Positions 1 to 12,850 of a DNA stretch of 64,000 nt are shown here, one piece after another. How positions within the stretch are numbered: position 1 is the first letter of the stretch; each line of letters starts with the position of its first letter. This DNA is from Octopus sinensis (Eukaryota): contig NC_043000.1 of the NCBI RefSeq assembly GCF_006345805.1, positions 558,001 through 622,000 of the forward strand, read 5' to 3'. Below the pieces are notes generated by a model. The model was not told the DNA's origin and did no database searches. It saw nothing but the letters and a program-made list of their open reading frames with translations. A program made the position numbers and the translations under genes.

Positions 1-60
1 ATGTATACATGGAGTATCATCACTAAAATTTATTCTATACGTTTATATATACATATACAT

Positions 61-66
61 ACATAC

Positions 67-102
<36 letters not shown>

Positions 103-132
103 GCTATTTATATATATATATACACACACACA

Positions 133-174
<42 letters not shown>

Positions 175-228
175 TATAAACATTTGTTTATATATATATA
201 TATATATATATGTGGTGTGTGTGTGTGT

Positions 229-267
<39 letters not shown>

Positions 268-306
268 CTTCGGCTCAGTATACAACTAAGGTTATAAAGA
301 TGAGTA

Positions 307-346
<40 letters not shown>

Positions 347-425
347 CACACACACATACATACACACAAACACATGTGCATGGATGGCTAGCTGGCTGGC
401 TGGATGGCTGGCTGGATGGATGGAT
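61..425. repeat. Compound microsatellite (TA/TG/CA/GGAT-GGCT)
   Basis: Direct dinucleotide and tetranucleotide runs; explains the YI/CV/HT ORFs. Confidence 0.95.
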
Positions 426-965
426 GGACGGATGGACGGACGGACGGACGGATGGATTTATGTATGAATGGATAGATATCCGCTCATTTATGTATACGCT
501 ATGTGTGCAATCTTACTTATATTTGTACCTTATTTGACGTATAGTTTTGTAGATATATATATGACAACCTAGATGCAAGTGAATATACACTCATGCGCGA
601 CACAGATTTCGAGAGAGAAAGAGAGAGAAAGAGAGGGGGGAGAAAGAGATAGTGAGATGAGGACGGAGTTGAGTTGCGCTTTACGATTGAACAATATGGG
701 TATATTTCTAAATGCATACGTTCCATTTTGCATAGTACGTATGCATTTCTTTTTCTTTTTCTTTTCTTTGTATCTTATTCGATTTGCAAGATATTTCATC
801 TGAAACATGTGGAAACAGATTCAGTAATGTGTTGGGAGGCATAGTAATGTGTCGTGTATAGTCTTTTGTTAAATAACAAAATGAAGAGGGGAAAATATAT
901 ATCGTTACTCTCATTTCTTTATTAATTGATCGATTTGTCAATATATTTTGCAATGAACTCCTATT

Positions 966-1002
<37 letters not shown>

Positions 1003-1055
1003 TTGTGTGTGTGAGTGTGTGTGTGTGTGAGTGAGTGTGTGTATATATACATGGG

Positions 1056-1100
<45 letters not shown>

Positions 1101-1140
1101 ATATATACATATGTGTGTGGTGTGTGTGTGTCTCTATATT

Positions 1141-1260
1141 CTTTTATTCTTTTACTTGTTTCAGTCATTTGACTGCGGCCATGGTGGATCACCACCTTCA
1201 GTCGAACAAATCGACCCTCTGGACTAAGTCTTTGTAAGCCTAGTACTTATTCTATCGGTC
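1141..1260 (-). mobile_element. SINE family A, 3' fragment
   Basis: Reverse complement matches the 3' end of the full copy at 57153-57564. Confidence 0.85.
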
Positions 1261-1538
1261 CGACATATTAGAAATTCAAAAATTCAGTAATATATAAGTA
1301 TCATATACAAATAAAAATATAAGTACAAATATAAATATAAAAATAAATATAAATATAAAAATAAATATAAATATAAATTTTGCATATAACACGCTTAAAA
1401 CTGTTAGAATAAGAGGAATAAGTATAGTGATAATATAAAAATATAGCATATCAAGACACTAGTAAAATTCCGGCGAATAGTACATAAAATATAATACACA
1501 TACAAGCTTACAAAAATATAAGACATTCAGAAGTCCAT

Positions 1539-1631
1539 CATCTACGGGCCGTTTCGGGGATGTGCCTATCAATACTAGACATATCAGTACTTAAAATAGT
1601 ACTTAAAGTTGGCACTTCCCTCGTCAGGATG
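1539..1631 (-). ncRNA. Type I hammerhead ribozyme motif, probably from a Penelope-like element
   Basis: Minus strand: CAUC-CUGACGA-GGGAAGUGCC...GGCACAUCCCC-GAAA-CGGCCCGU-A-GAUG. Core boxes are intact, stems I/II/III pair in register, cleavage triplet GUA. Confidence 0.65.
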
Positions 1632-2149
1632 TCCTATACAACACATATACAACATGAACAAACACACAAATACATAGTCACATACCGGCCATTCTCAGAA
1701 CACGATATGTACGTACTCCCAGAAAATTTTTTACGTCTATCCTGAATGGAACTTTATATGCAAACCATTCGATACAGTCGCCTTAGAAAATTGTATGCAC
1801 GCAGCGCCATTTGACCCGTTTCACTTTAGCACTTAATTTATTTTATTTTATTTTATTTTATTCCAATTTTATAAATTCTCCCATACATGAAAAGCCACAT
1901 ACTCAGGTTCGAGTCGTCGACTAACAGCTATTTTTCATATAATCACATTACTGTAGTTTTATCTCGTTTTCCACTCACTATACTTACTAAACTTAATTCA
2001 CTTGTAATTGGTTAGCTCTAACTTTTATTGCTATTTCTACTTCTAAATTTCCTAGCTATTGTTTAATAATTACATTACTTTAGTTAAATCTCGTTTACCA
2101 CTCACTATATTTACTAAACATAATTCAATATATATCTATATTAATCTTG

Positions 2150-2337
2150 GTGAGCAATTTCGACGACGGGCTGAAGAGTTTAAATCGATTACATCCACGC
2201 CAGTGTTCAACTGGTAATTTCATCGACCACGAAAGGCTGAAAGACAAAGTCAACCCGGACGGCATTTGAACTCAGAAGGTAACGTCTCAGCATTTTTTTT
2301 TCCGGCGCGGAAACGATTCTACCTGATCGCCACCTTC
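2150..2337 (-). mobile_element. SINE-like family C, degenerate copy
   Basis: Contains cgaaagg.tgaaag.caaagtc...tttgaactcagaa, the family C core. Confidence 0.75.
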
Positions 2338-2607
2338 GTGTAAGAATGTATCGCTGTCATGTTTTGTGTGGTGTTGTTTGTAGGTGTAATTGTAATTATG
2401 ATGGTACATTAGCAAGGCTCACCCATACGCGGATCTAAAGCGAAAGCTGACGCACCGACACAACTACACGCATGGACAAAAACAACACAAATACAAGTGT
2501 AGGGTAATGTGTGTAAGAAGTATGGAGTGCCACCTAGCTCCCCATACAAGCGCAAGAAATTTGGGAAGCTTCCCTGTTGTGTTCCAATGCAGAAGAGACA
2601 CTAAAGC

Positions 2608-3003
2608 CAACGCTGAATTAACCATTAAGCAAAATAAGCACGTGCGTAGGGCATCAAGGGACGAGGGCACCACATAAATGTAATTGGTTTACGGCACGAA
2701 AGTAGTCACTTTAAACTTGCTAGAATAACATTCATAATGCCTTATCTCTTCTTTGTATAGAAGCAGAGGTAAAATTAATTTTAACGATATCATTGGAGAC
2801 TTTGCAACTAAAAAAAACACAAAAAAACGAGAAAACTTTTCAAATAAAGATAAAATGGAAGCATACAAAAATAAACTTTATTTTGCATCGTATGGTTTAT
2901 TATTGTTTTTTTGTTTGTTTACATTTTGAACCATTTACATATACTTGAGGGCACCAAAACCTTTTAAGTGCTTAGGGCTTCTATGGGTCTTAATTCGGGC
3001 CTG
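2608..3003 (+). mobile_element. Non-autonomous hAT DNA transposon with dimerisation-domain remnant
   Basis: Imperfect 14-bp TIRs (caacgctgaattaa / ttaattcgggcctg); 8-bp TSD actaaagc/acgaaagc; ~2736-2815 reads NALSLLCIEAE-/-INFNDIIGDFATKK across one frameshift. Confidence 0.8.
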
Positions 3004-3819
3004 ACGAAAGCTATCAGCAATAGTACACGCTCCTGGCCTTTCTATATAGGGTAACGTGTGGCCATGTTCACAATCTGTGATGCGTTGCTAGATAGAAACA
3101 TCTGCGATGCGGAGTTTATCATAAAATAGAGATTTTCAAGACGAAATTAACCAGTCTCTTAAACTGTTTGAAAGTCCGGTTGGAAATTCTGATCACACGT
3201 GCAGGCGTCTTATAAAAAATATGACAGCTGTGGTAGAAGGCGGTGATTTTCGGCGTACGCTTGGATTGTGTAAGGCCAGGCAATAGGAGAGGATGGTGTA
3301 AAAGTTTTGCGAACTTGCTTTCTCAGTTGCAACCCTCTAATGGAATGGGAAAGGATTTCGTAAATTCACAAATATAAATATAGAGTAACCGCATCAAACC
3401 TTCCAAAATCGATTTAGTTTGGGTATTTGTTAGATTAATTGACAATAATAATGTAAGGTATCCACAGTTCAATCCACTACACAAATGGTAAATTTGTCAT
3501 CTATATGGTCGAACAGAACAGAACACAAATGATACGAGCCTATCCACTGGACGTTGAACTTGTTGTTCCTACCATTAGCGCATTAACTAATTAGCTAGGT
3601 GGTAGATTAGAGGTGTGAACGTCAAGAACGGTTTGTGAGCTCTCTAAAGAGAGTGATAACCGAATCCATAAGGTTTAACAAAGAAGGAACAACAGCGAAG
3701 AATAGTTTAAACGAAGAGGCAACGAGCAAATTAAAAGCAGTGAAATACAAATACCATATCATACGATGCAGATCGCGATTCTAGGGAACAAAGAAACGAA
3801 AGCCGTTGTAGTTAAGTGA

Positions 3820-4650
3820 TTAGTCGATTACATCGATTCTCGTGCTCTACTGCTACTTATTTTATCGACCCCGAAAGGATGACAGGCGAAGTCTACCTCA
3901 TAACGTGAAGACGGACGAAATACCTATTTGTTTACTACCCACAAGGGCTAACACAGAGGGAACAAACAAGGACAGACAAACAAATTAAGTAGATTATATC
4001 GACTCCAGTGCGTAACTGGTACTTAATTTATCGACCCCGAAAGGATGAAAGGCAAAGTCAGCCTCGGCGGAATTTGAACTCAGAACGCAACGGCAGACGA
4101 AATACCGCTAAGCATTTCGTTAAAGTTTCTGCCAGCTCGCCGCCTTAACAACAAAAACAGCAACATTAATCCTTTCTATTAGAGGCACAAGGTCGGAAAT
4201 TTGGGGGGAGTGGGGTTAGTCGATTGCATCGACCCAGTTACGTAACTGGTATTTATTTCATCGATCCCGAAGGATGAGAGGCAAAGTCGACCTCGGCGGA
4301 GTTTGAACTCAGAATGTAGTGGCAGACAAAATACCGCTAAGCATTTCGCCCGGCACACTAACGACTCTACCAGCTCGCCGCCGTGACAACAACAACAATA
4401 ATAATAATAATAATAGTAATAATAATAATGATAACCCTTTCTACTTGAGGCACAGGGCCTCGAATTTGGTGGGAGGGAACTAGTCAATTACATCGACACC
4501 AGTCTTTCACTGGTACTTAAATTTACTGACCCAAAATGATGAAAGGCAAAGTCGACCACGGCGGAATTTGAACCCAGGACGCGAAGACAGACGAAACATC
4601 TCTAAGCATTTCGCCCGGCCTGCTAACCATTCTGCCAGCTCGCCGCCTTA
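3820..4650 (-). mobile_element. Family C head-to-tail array (~4 units)
   Basis: Repeated core; heads (rc ggcgagctggcaga..cgttag) at ~4140, ~4380 and ~4645; (AAT)n linkers. Confidence 0.85.
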
Positions 4651-4706
4651 ACAAGAACAAGAACAAGAACAACAACAACAACAACAACACCACTACCGAC
4701 ACCAAC

Positions 4707-4752
<46 letters not shown>

Positions 4753-5424
4753 TAACAACACCAACAACATTAACAATAAAAATCATTCCTTTTATAAATC
4801 ATATCCACCCACAACTACCATCACGTTGCGTTAAACCAAACCACACCAAACCACTAAACGAATCCAAGAGGCGGACCACAGTACCACTTACCCAACTAAC
4901 TCGCCGACGAAATGTCCCAGCCAGTTGAGAGCAGGCACCATTGAAATGTCTGGCGTGACTAACTAACAGACAACTCTCCGATAGCCTTTGCTCCCCAGAT
5001 GCCGCTAAAACAAAATCAAAAACAAAACAAAAATCAAAAGTAGTAATAATAAATTAATAAATAAAAGAACTAAATAAATGTCGGATAGGAACCCAAAAGC
5101 TTTTTCCTTGTCAATTAAGCACATACAAGAATTCCACATACGCACCAATGTTATATCGCTCACACGCACGCACACACGTAAATATAAGGGCGTTGGAAAT
5201 ATAGGTATTATACGCTGGGGATGGGTGGAGAAATTACCAAGGGAAAAAAAATCTGATGTAAAACACCCCCTATAGTCTTTACTACGATCTCCTGTCCGCC
5301 ACACCATACATTTCAAGTGTCGGCTTCAGAAATCTGGCAGTGTGTTAAGGCTGGCTTTGGTTTTCTTGTGGTTTTGTTTGTTTATTTGTTTGTTTATCAG
5401 TTTGCTTCCAGTACACACGTGTGT

Positions 5425-5466
<42 letters not shown>

Positions 5467-5498
5467 GAGTACACACACACACACACACATATATATAT

Positions 5499-5536
<38 letters not shown>

Positions 5537-5639
5537 GCCCCATCCTTTACGGACAACAAGGTTAGCTCGCTTTTATAGCCAAATCAATTTTAAGACTTAA
5601 TTAGAGCGAGTAAGTGTTCATGTTGTGCGTCTGTATGGA

Positions 5640-5670
<31 letters not shown>

Positions 5671-5746
5671 GCGTGTGTTTGTGTATCTATGCGCGCGTGT
5701 GTGTGTATATATAGATATATATATATGTGTGTGTGTGTGTGTGTAT

Positions 5747-5910
5747 AGGCGCAGAAGTGGCCGTGTGGCAAGAAGCTTGCTTTCCAACTACATGGTTCCT
5801 GGTTCGATCCCACTGCGTGGCACATTGGGCTAGTGTCTTCTACTATAGCCACGGGCTGACCAAAGCTGTGTGAGTGAATTTGGTAGACGGAAACTGGAAG
5901 AAGCTCGTCG
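5747..5910 (+). mobile_element. SINE A 5' half (repeated at ~6688-6850); 3' half at ~7505-7725
   Basis: tRNA-like head ggcgcagaagtggccgtgtgg...ggttcgatccc followed by a CORE-like ggcacattgggctagtgtctt. Confidence 0.85.
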
Positions 5911-6059
5911 TATATATATATATATATCGGCTTTGCCTTTCATCATTTTTGGGTCAATAAATTAAGTACCAGTGAAAGACTGGTGTCGATGTAATTGACT
6001 AGTTCCCTCCCACCAAATTCGAGGCCCTGTGCCTCAAGTAGAAAGGGTTATTATTATTA

Positions 6060-6128
<69 letters not shown>

Positions 6129-6256
6129 GTTGTTGTTGTTGTTCCTGGTTCAATCCCACTGTGTGGCACATTGGGCTAGTGTCTTCTACTATATCCACGT
6201 GCCGACCAAAGCTTTGTGAGTGAATTTGGTAGACGGAAACTGGAAGAAGCTCGTCG

Positions 6257-6294
<38 letters not shown>

Positions 6295-6327
6295 GTGTGT
6301 GTGTTGTGTGTGTGTGTGTGTGTGTGT

Positions 6328-6545
6328 TGTGAGAATTTACAACAAAAAAAACAGAAGACGGGTGTGTAAACAGCAAACAGATGTATTAGTTTAACGCTCG
6401 GTAAGTGAGAAAGACTTGTACGTTTCGATCCTACGCTCTTCGACAGAAAGGAACACAGGAACAAACAGGGAGAGAAGATAAAAGGAAATGAAATAAGGAG
6501 AGAAAATAAAAATGGTTTAGTGGCTAGCGATCTATCATGGCGAAT
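6328..6545 (-). mobile_element. Family H repeat with hammerhead-like fold (duplicate at 7262-7490)
   Basis: Homologous to 29432-29608 and, inverted, to 56290-56495; rc motif cctttctgtcgaagagcgtaggatcgaaacgtac. Confidence 0.7.
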
Positions 6546-6992
6546 ATATATAATATGTGTGTGTCTATGTGTGTGTTTGTGTGTGTGTGTGTGTGTGTTG
6601 TGTGTGTGTGTGTGGTGTGTTTGTGTATCTATGCGCGCGTGTGTGTGTATATATAGATATATATATGTGTGTGTGTGTGTGTGTATAGGCGCAGAAGTGG
6701 CCGTGTGGCAAGAAGCTTGCTTTCCAACTACATGGTTCCTGGTTCGATCCCACTGCGTGGCACATTGGGCTAGTGTCTTCTACTATAGCCACGGGCTGAC
6801 CAAAGCTGTGTGAGTGAATTTGGTAGACGGAAACTGGAAGAAGCTCGTCGTATATATATATATATATATATATCGGCTTTGCCTTTCATCATTTTTGGGT
6901 CAATAAATTAAGTACCAGTGAAAGACTGGTGTCGATGTAATTGACTAGTTCCCTCCCACCAAATTCGAGGCCCTGTGCCTCAAGTAGAAAGG

Positions 6993-7055
<63 letters not shown>

Positions 7056-7191
7056 GTTGTTGTTGTTGTTGTTGTTGTTCCTGGTTCAATCCCACTGTGT
7101 GGCACATTGGGCTAGTGTCTTCTACTATATCCACGTGCCGACCAAAGCTTTGTGAGTGAATTTGGTAGACGGAAACTGGAAGAAGCTCGTC

Positions 7192-7236
<45 letters not shown>

Positions 7237-8049
7237 GTGTGTGTGTGTGTGTGGTGTGTTGTGAGAATTTACAACAAAAAAAACAGAAGACGGGTGTGTA
7301 AACAGCAAACAGATGTATTAGTTTAACGCTCGGTAAGTGAGAAAGACTTGTACGTTTCGATCCTACGCTCTTCGACAGAAAGGAACACAGGAACAAACAG
7401 GGAGAGAAGATAAAAGGAAATGAAATAAGGAGAGAAAATAAAAATGGTTTAGTGGCTAGCGATCTATCATGGCGAATATATATAATATGTGTGTGTCTAT
7501 GTGTGTGTTTGTGTGTGTGTGTGTGTGTTTCCCCACCACCACCACCATCGCTTGACAACGGATGCTGCTCTGTTTACGTCCCCGTAATCTAGCGGTTCGG
7601 TAACGGATTCCGATAGAACAAGTACTAGGCTTACAAAGAATAAGTCCTGGGGTCGATTTGCTCGACTAAAAGGCGGTGCTCCAGCATGGCCGCAGTCAAA
7701 ATGACTAGGGCAAGTAAAAGAATAAAGGAATATATATACATGCATACACATACATACACACAGATACACACAGACACACACACAGACACACACACACACA
7801 CACACACACACATAAGCAAAGTAGCTAGTTGTAAAATTCCAATAAGAGATGAGAATAGTAGCTATAATTATACTAACAAGTAAAGTTAATCACTACATCA
7901 ATATGGCTGTCCAATGTTGCTACTATTTTAACACTGGGCAGTTAATTTGGTATATACACTCACACACATAATTTAAATGAACGTGTGCTAAAAGAAATAA
8001 AAAATGGCGGCCAGATGCATGATTATGGACCTTGAAGACAAATATATAT

Positions 8050-8275
8050 TTCTTTACTAACCACTAGGGGCTAAACACAGAGGGGACAAACAAGGACAGA
8101 CAAACGGATTAAGTAGATTACATCGACCCCAGTGCGTAACTGGTACTTATTTAATCGACCCCGAAAGGATGACAGTCAAAGTCGACCACGGCGGAATTTG
8201 AACTCAGAACGTAGCGGCAGACGAAATACTGCTAAGCATTTCGCCCGGCGTGCTAACGTTTCTGCCAGCTCGAGA
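8050..8275 (-). mobile_element. Family C copy
   Basis: Close match to the family C consensus, including the head. Confidence 0.9.
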
Positions 8276-8657
8276 CAAATATAGTTGTAGGAATGTATTT
8301 GTATGAAGTTTTTATATCATCTTCGGGAGATGATTATAGAAATGTCTTACCGCATTTGATACGGATTTCAAATGAAAAGGGATGATGAGTAATCCCAAGG
8401 ATCGATTATTTTCTAAAATCAACATGCCACTGAGTGATAGACAGGCAGAGAAAGGACATCTATGGAGAAGTGCTTCTTCCGCAATAAACATCGTCAATAC
8501 ACCTGGCATATTCCTAAATGCCTAGATGCAAACTCTGACCAACAAGTTGGAACACACACACACCAACATGCATACACACACATACACAGACAAACATATA
8601 TAAATACAAAAGTATGTATTTATTTATGTATGACTCTATGTATGTATATATGTATGT

Positions 8658-9053
8658 GTGGAGGCGCAATGGCTCAGTGGTTAGGGCAGCGGACTCGCGG
8701 TCATAGGATCGCGGCTTCGATTCCCAGACCGGGCGTTGTGAGTGTTTATTGAGCGAAAACACCTAAAATAAAGCTCCACGAGGCTCTGGCAGAGGGTCGT
8801 GGTGATCCCTGCTGTACTCTTTCACCACAACTTTCTCTCGCTCTTACTTCCTGTTTCTGTTGTACCTGTATTTCAAAGGGCCGGCCTTGTCACTCTCTGT
8901 GTCACGCTGAATATCCCCGAGAACTACGTTAAGGGTACACGTGTCTGTGGAATGCTCAGCCACTTACACGTTAATTTCAAGAGCAGGCTGTTCCGTTGAT
9001 TCGGATCAACCGGAACCCTCGTCGTCGTAATCGACGGAGTGCTTCAAAAAAAA
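8658..9053 (+). mobile_element. tRNA-derived SINE (core K1 + tail T1), full length
   Basis: A/B-box head gtggaggcgcaatggctcagtgg...gcttcgattccc; poly-A end; 10-bp TSD atatgtatgt; matches 44690-45074. Confidence 0.92.
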
Positions 9054-9199
9054 ATATGTATGTGTGTATATTATGTGTATATGATAAAGCTCTTTTGTAA
9101 ACATGTCGCATTTAGCACCGAAAATATTAATGAAACATACTGGTGTAATTGAAATACGTACTGTAAAATAGATAAGACGACAGACTGGTATAAATAATA

Positions 9200-9533
9200 T
9201 CGGACAAGTGTCTTCTACTATAGCCTCGGGTCGACCAAAGCCTTGTGTGTGCATTTGGTAGATGGAAACTGTAAGAAGCCCGTCGTGTATATGTATATAT
9301 ATATGTATGTGTGTGTGTATATGTTTGTGTTTGTCCCCCCCAACATCGCTTGACAACCGATGCTGGTGTTTACGTCCCCGTAACTTAGCGGTTCGGCCTA
9401 AGTAAGCGATAGAATAAGTACTAGGCTTACAAAGAATAAGTCCTGGGGTCGATTTGCTCGATTAAGGGTGGTGCTCCAGCATGGCCGCAGTCAAATGACT
9501 GAAACAGGTAAAAGAGTAAAAGAGTAAAAGAGC
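9200..9533 (+). mobile_element. SINE A, 5'-truncated
   Basis: Matches 57230-57560; ends in (agtaaaag)n. Confidence 0.9.
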
Positions 9534-10449
9534 ACCACTGCCGAAGATCTTGTGATGCAATACAGAGCTTGGAAATTAAAGATCATACCAGCTGCGTTCT
9601 TTATACCAACACATTTAACATAATATAATAAATAACATTACAAATTCTGCATGAAAACCATTAGAATAATTGGTAAAATTATACGTTGTATGTTAGTTCC
9701 ATTAAAGCGGCCGATACTTAAGTGACATCAGTATACGTTTAGCTACACCATTCGACAACATGTCATGCACATTATGGTAACTGACAGAAGTTTTTATTAT
9801 TTGAAACTCATTGACAAAATTTTAATGGCCAAAATTGTATTGTTTATTTGTGTGTTTAACATCATTCTGCTAGAGAGTGTTTTGTTCGTTATAGGATAAT
9901 TTAGTGGATGGAACATCCTAAAAGTTAATCTACTTGTGCTCGAAAGTTTTATACATATAAGGAATGGTTGTTGCCACCTCAACAACTTACTCTTTTTAAC
10001 CCCAGGAGGACACCTACTCCAACTGGTTAACGACGATAACTGTGTTCGTTATACATTGCAAACAAGGGAGCGAACAATTCCCATTCAGCGGCGACGAGAC
10101 CAGCAGACCAGAACAGGTTTCAGGGTCTTATTCTTCCTCAGTACTGGACACCTGTCTGCTAGACATGGCAGCCGTTCTCAATATATAAATAAACAAGCGA
10201 CACTCAAACACTGATTTTGCAAGTGGAAAATTTTAGAACTTCTAATAACAGTTGTTTTACAATCACTTATGTTGTTTCAATGTCTATAAAAGCAATTACG
10301 CACTTTATAAAATGACACAGAAAAATAGAAGAGAAATTCTGGAAACTATATTCATATTGCAATTCAATGCTGGAATTAACAAGAAAACACTCTCATTAAA
10401 ATATTTGCTTCAAATTTTGGCACAAAACCAGCAATTTTACATGTAATTA

Positions 10450-11600
10450 TTTTATCGACCTCCGAAAGGATAGAAGGCAATGGCAATGACGACTTCGGTG
10501 GAATTTGAACTCAAAACGAAATTTTTGAAACCTTAACAATACAAATAAGTTATAATTTGTAAAGCTCAAAAGAGTTTTTGGTCTTTACAACTTATAACTT
10601 ATTTGTATTGTTATGTCTTTGAACTCAAAGAAATGACCCTAAGCCTTTCGTCCGGCGTGCCGACGTTTCTTATTTCTTTACTGCCCACAAGGGGCTACAC
10701 ACAGAGGGGACAAACAAGGACAGACAAACGGATTAAGTCGATTATATCAACCCCAGTGCGTAACTGGTACTTCTTTAATCGACTCCGAAAGGATGAAAGG
10801 CAAAGTCAACCTCGGCGGAATTTGAACTCGGAATGTAGCGGCAGACGAAATGCCCCTAAGCATTTTGCCCAGTGTGTTAACGAATCTGCCGGCTTGCCAC
10901 CGTAGACATACACACACGCACATAAAAACGCGCGCGCGCGCATGCATTAGGGCATTTGTTTCAAATTTTACAACAGGGCCAGCAATTTCGTGGGAGGGAA
11001 TAAGTTAATTAAATCCACCCCAGTGATGTTAGTTATTTTATCAATCCCGAAAAGACAAATGGCATAACTGACCTCGCGGAATTTGAACTCTGACGGACGA
11101 AAGCTACTAAGAATTTTGTCCGCTGTCAAACCAGGACAAACACAAAACGCACACATTAAAATATTCTTTTCTACTCTAAGCACAAAGCTCGAAATTTTGG
11201 GGGAGAGGGCCAGTCGATTAGATCGACCCCAGTACGGTATTGGAACTTAATTTATTGACCCTGAAAGGATGAAAGGCAAAGTCGGCCTCGACGAAATCTG
11301 AACTCAGAACGTAAAGACAGAGAAAATACCGCTGAGAATTTCGCCCGGCGTGCTAACGCTTATTATTTCTTTACTGCCCACAATGGGTTATACACAGAGG
11401 GGACAAACAAGGACAGACAAACGGATTAAGTCGATTATACCGATCCCAGTGCGTAACTGGTACTTATTTAATCGACCCCGAAAGGATGATAAGCAAAGTC
11501 GACCTCGGCGGAATTTGAACTCAGAACGTAACGGCAGACGAAATACCCTTAAGCATTTCGCACAGCGTGCTAACGATTCTACCAGATCGGCGCCTTTAAA
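10450..11600 (-). mobile_element. Family C cluster/array
   Basis: At least five core copies; internal junctions at ~10670 and ~11360. Confidence 0.85.
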
Positions 11601-11810
11601 AGCCAAATATATTGAACGGAATTCATGATGATGAAAATTTGAAGAGCAAGAAACGTCGGAAATAGATTTAGGAAATCAGTTGTCCTAAATCAAGGGTAAA
11701 AAGCTAATAATAAAATAAGAAAGGTCACAGATATTAAAAAAAATTTGAACGCAGTCGTGTATTTCACGATACATACATAAAATAAAAACCAACTAATCAC
11801 ATTGTGTGTG

Positions 11811-11845
<35 letters not shown>

Positions 11846-12024
11846 AATTCCAGGAACTTAGATCCAAATTAGGAATTATATAATCCCCAAAAGTCCACTG
11901 GTTAATCACTATCATATAATGCAAAATTCTCTGTGATGTGTTAAGGATTATTGTAGTAATACATATTATTAATATTGAAAGAATCAAAATGGAGAAAATG
12001 CATGTATGTATAATTAATTTGTAT

Positions 12025-12165
12025 GCTATGAAGATGCTGAAATTTTTGAAACCTTAACAATACAAATAAGTTATAATTTGTAAAGCTCAAAAGAGTTTTT
12101 GGTCTTTACAACTTATAACTTATTTGTATTGTTATGTCTTTTAAAAATTTCAGCATCTTTATGGC
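12025..12165. repeat. Fold-back palindrome (MITE-like)
   Basis: Arms ~60 bp; inner 31-bp arms have one mismatch; 18-nt spacer. Confidence 0.8.
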
Positions 12166-12217
12166 ATACAAATGAATTGTTCATACATCCATTTTTCTCC
12201 ATTTACTTTCTTCCTTC

Positions 12218-12280
<63 letters not shown>

Positions 12281-12399
12281 TATATGCATTTAACAAGTCA
12301 ACATCGGCTTCTTCTGTCTTCCGCAAGCCGATCTTCTGAATGCGTTCTAACGAATTTTTCCACCGTCTAGGCTTTAAAAAAGCCCTTATTGTTGGTTTC

Positions 12400-12850
12400 C
12401 TTGTCCTGTTTTTATTCTTTATTTGTACTGTTTTTTTTCTTCATTTATATTGCTTTTACGTCCTGTTCTTGTCACTTTTTTTTACCCCTCTGCAAAAGAA
12501 TTTTATTTTATTCATTTTGCAGGAAGGACTGTTTCGGCGGATCGTGTTCTGCCCTTACCTTCGAAACACGCATGGAGTCGAAACAGGGGCAGCTGATGAA
12601 GGGGAATATTCCTTGTATTGTTTGTCTTGTACTCTGTTTGTTCGTTGTTAAAAAAAAGTCCGTTTCCTTGTTTGATTTTATGTCTTCGTTTCTCGTTGTG
12701 TTCTACGTTTATTTGTGGTGTCCTGTACTCATATATGCATCTATATATACATATAGGTGTAGGTATGTACATACATGTATGCGTGTATGCATATGTTTTA
12801 TTTATTAAATTGTATATATATATATATAATATATATATATGCATACATAC
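12400..12850 (+). mobile_element. Family P repeat, possible Penelope-like terminal remnant
   Basis: Homologous to 22400-22800 and, inverted, to 33240-33370. PLE assignment is inference only. Confidence 0.5.

Larger units (their letters stand above)
5680..7510. repeat. Near-identical tandem duplication, unit ~940 bp
   Basis: 5680-6560 and 6620-7510 match apart from microsatellite lengths. Confidence 0.9.

Noticed and set aside
1941-2127. ~58-bp direct repeat with ~127-bp period
   Set aside because: AT-rich tandem duplication with no further structure.
8658-8735. tRNA genes at SINE heads
   Set aside because: No proper acceptor stem or cloverleaf; they continue into SINE bodies with TSDs.
10006-10116. 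Possible 111-nt exon (ctctttttaaccccag acceptor)
   Set aside because: Weak donor (gtttca); neither open frame resembles a protein I recognise.
10110-10150. Hammerhead-like boxes on the minus strand (CUGAGGA...GAAAC)
   Set aside because: Stems I and II do not pair in register.
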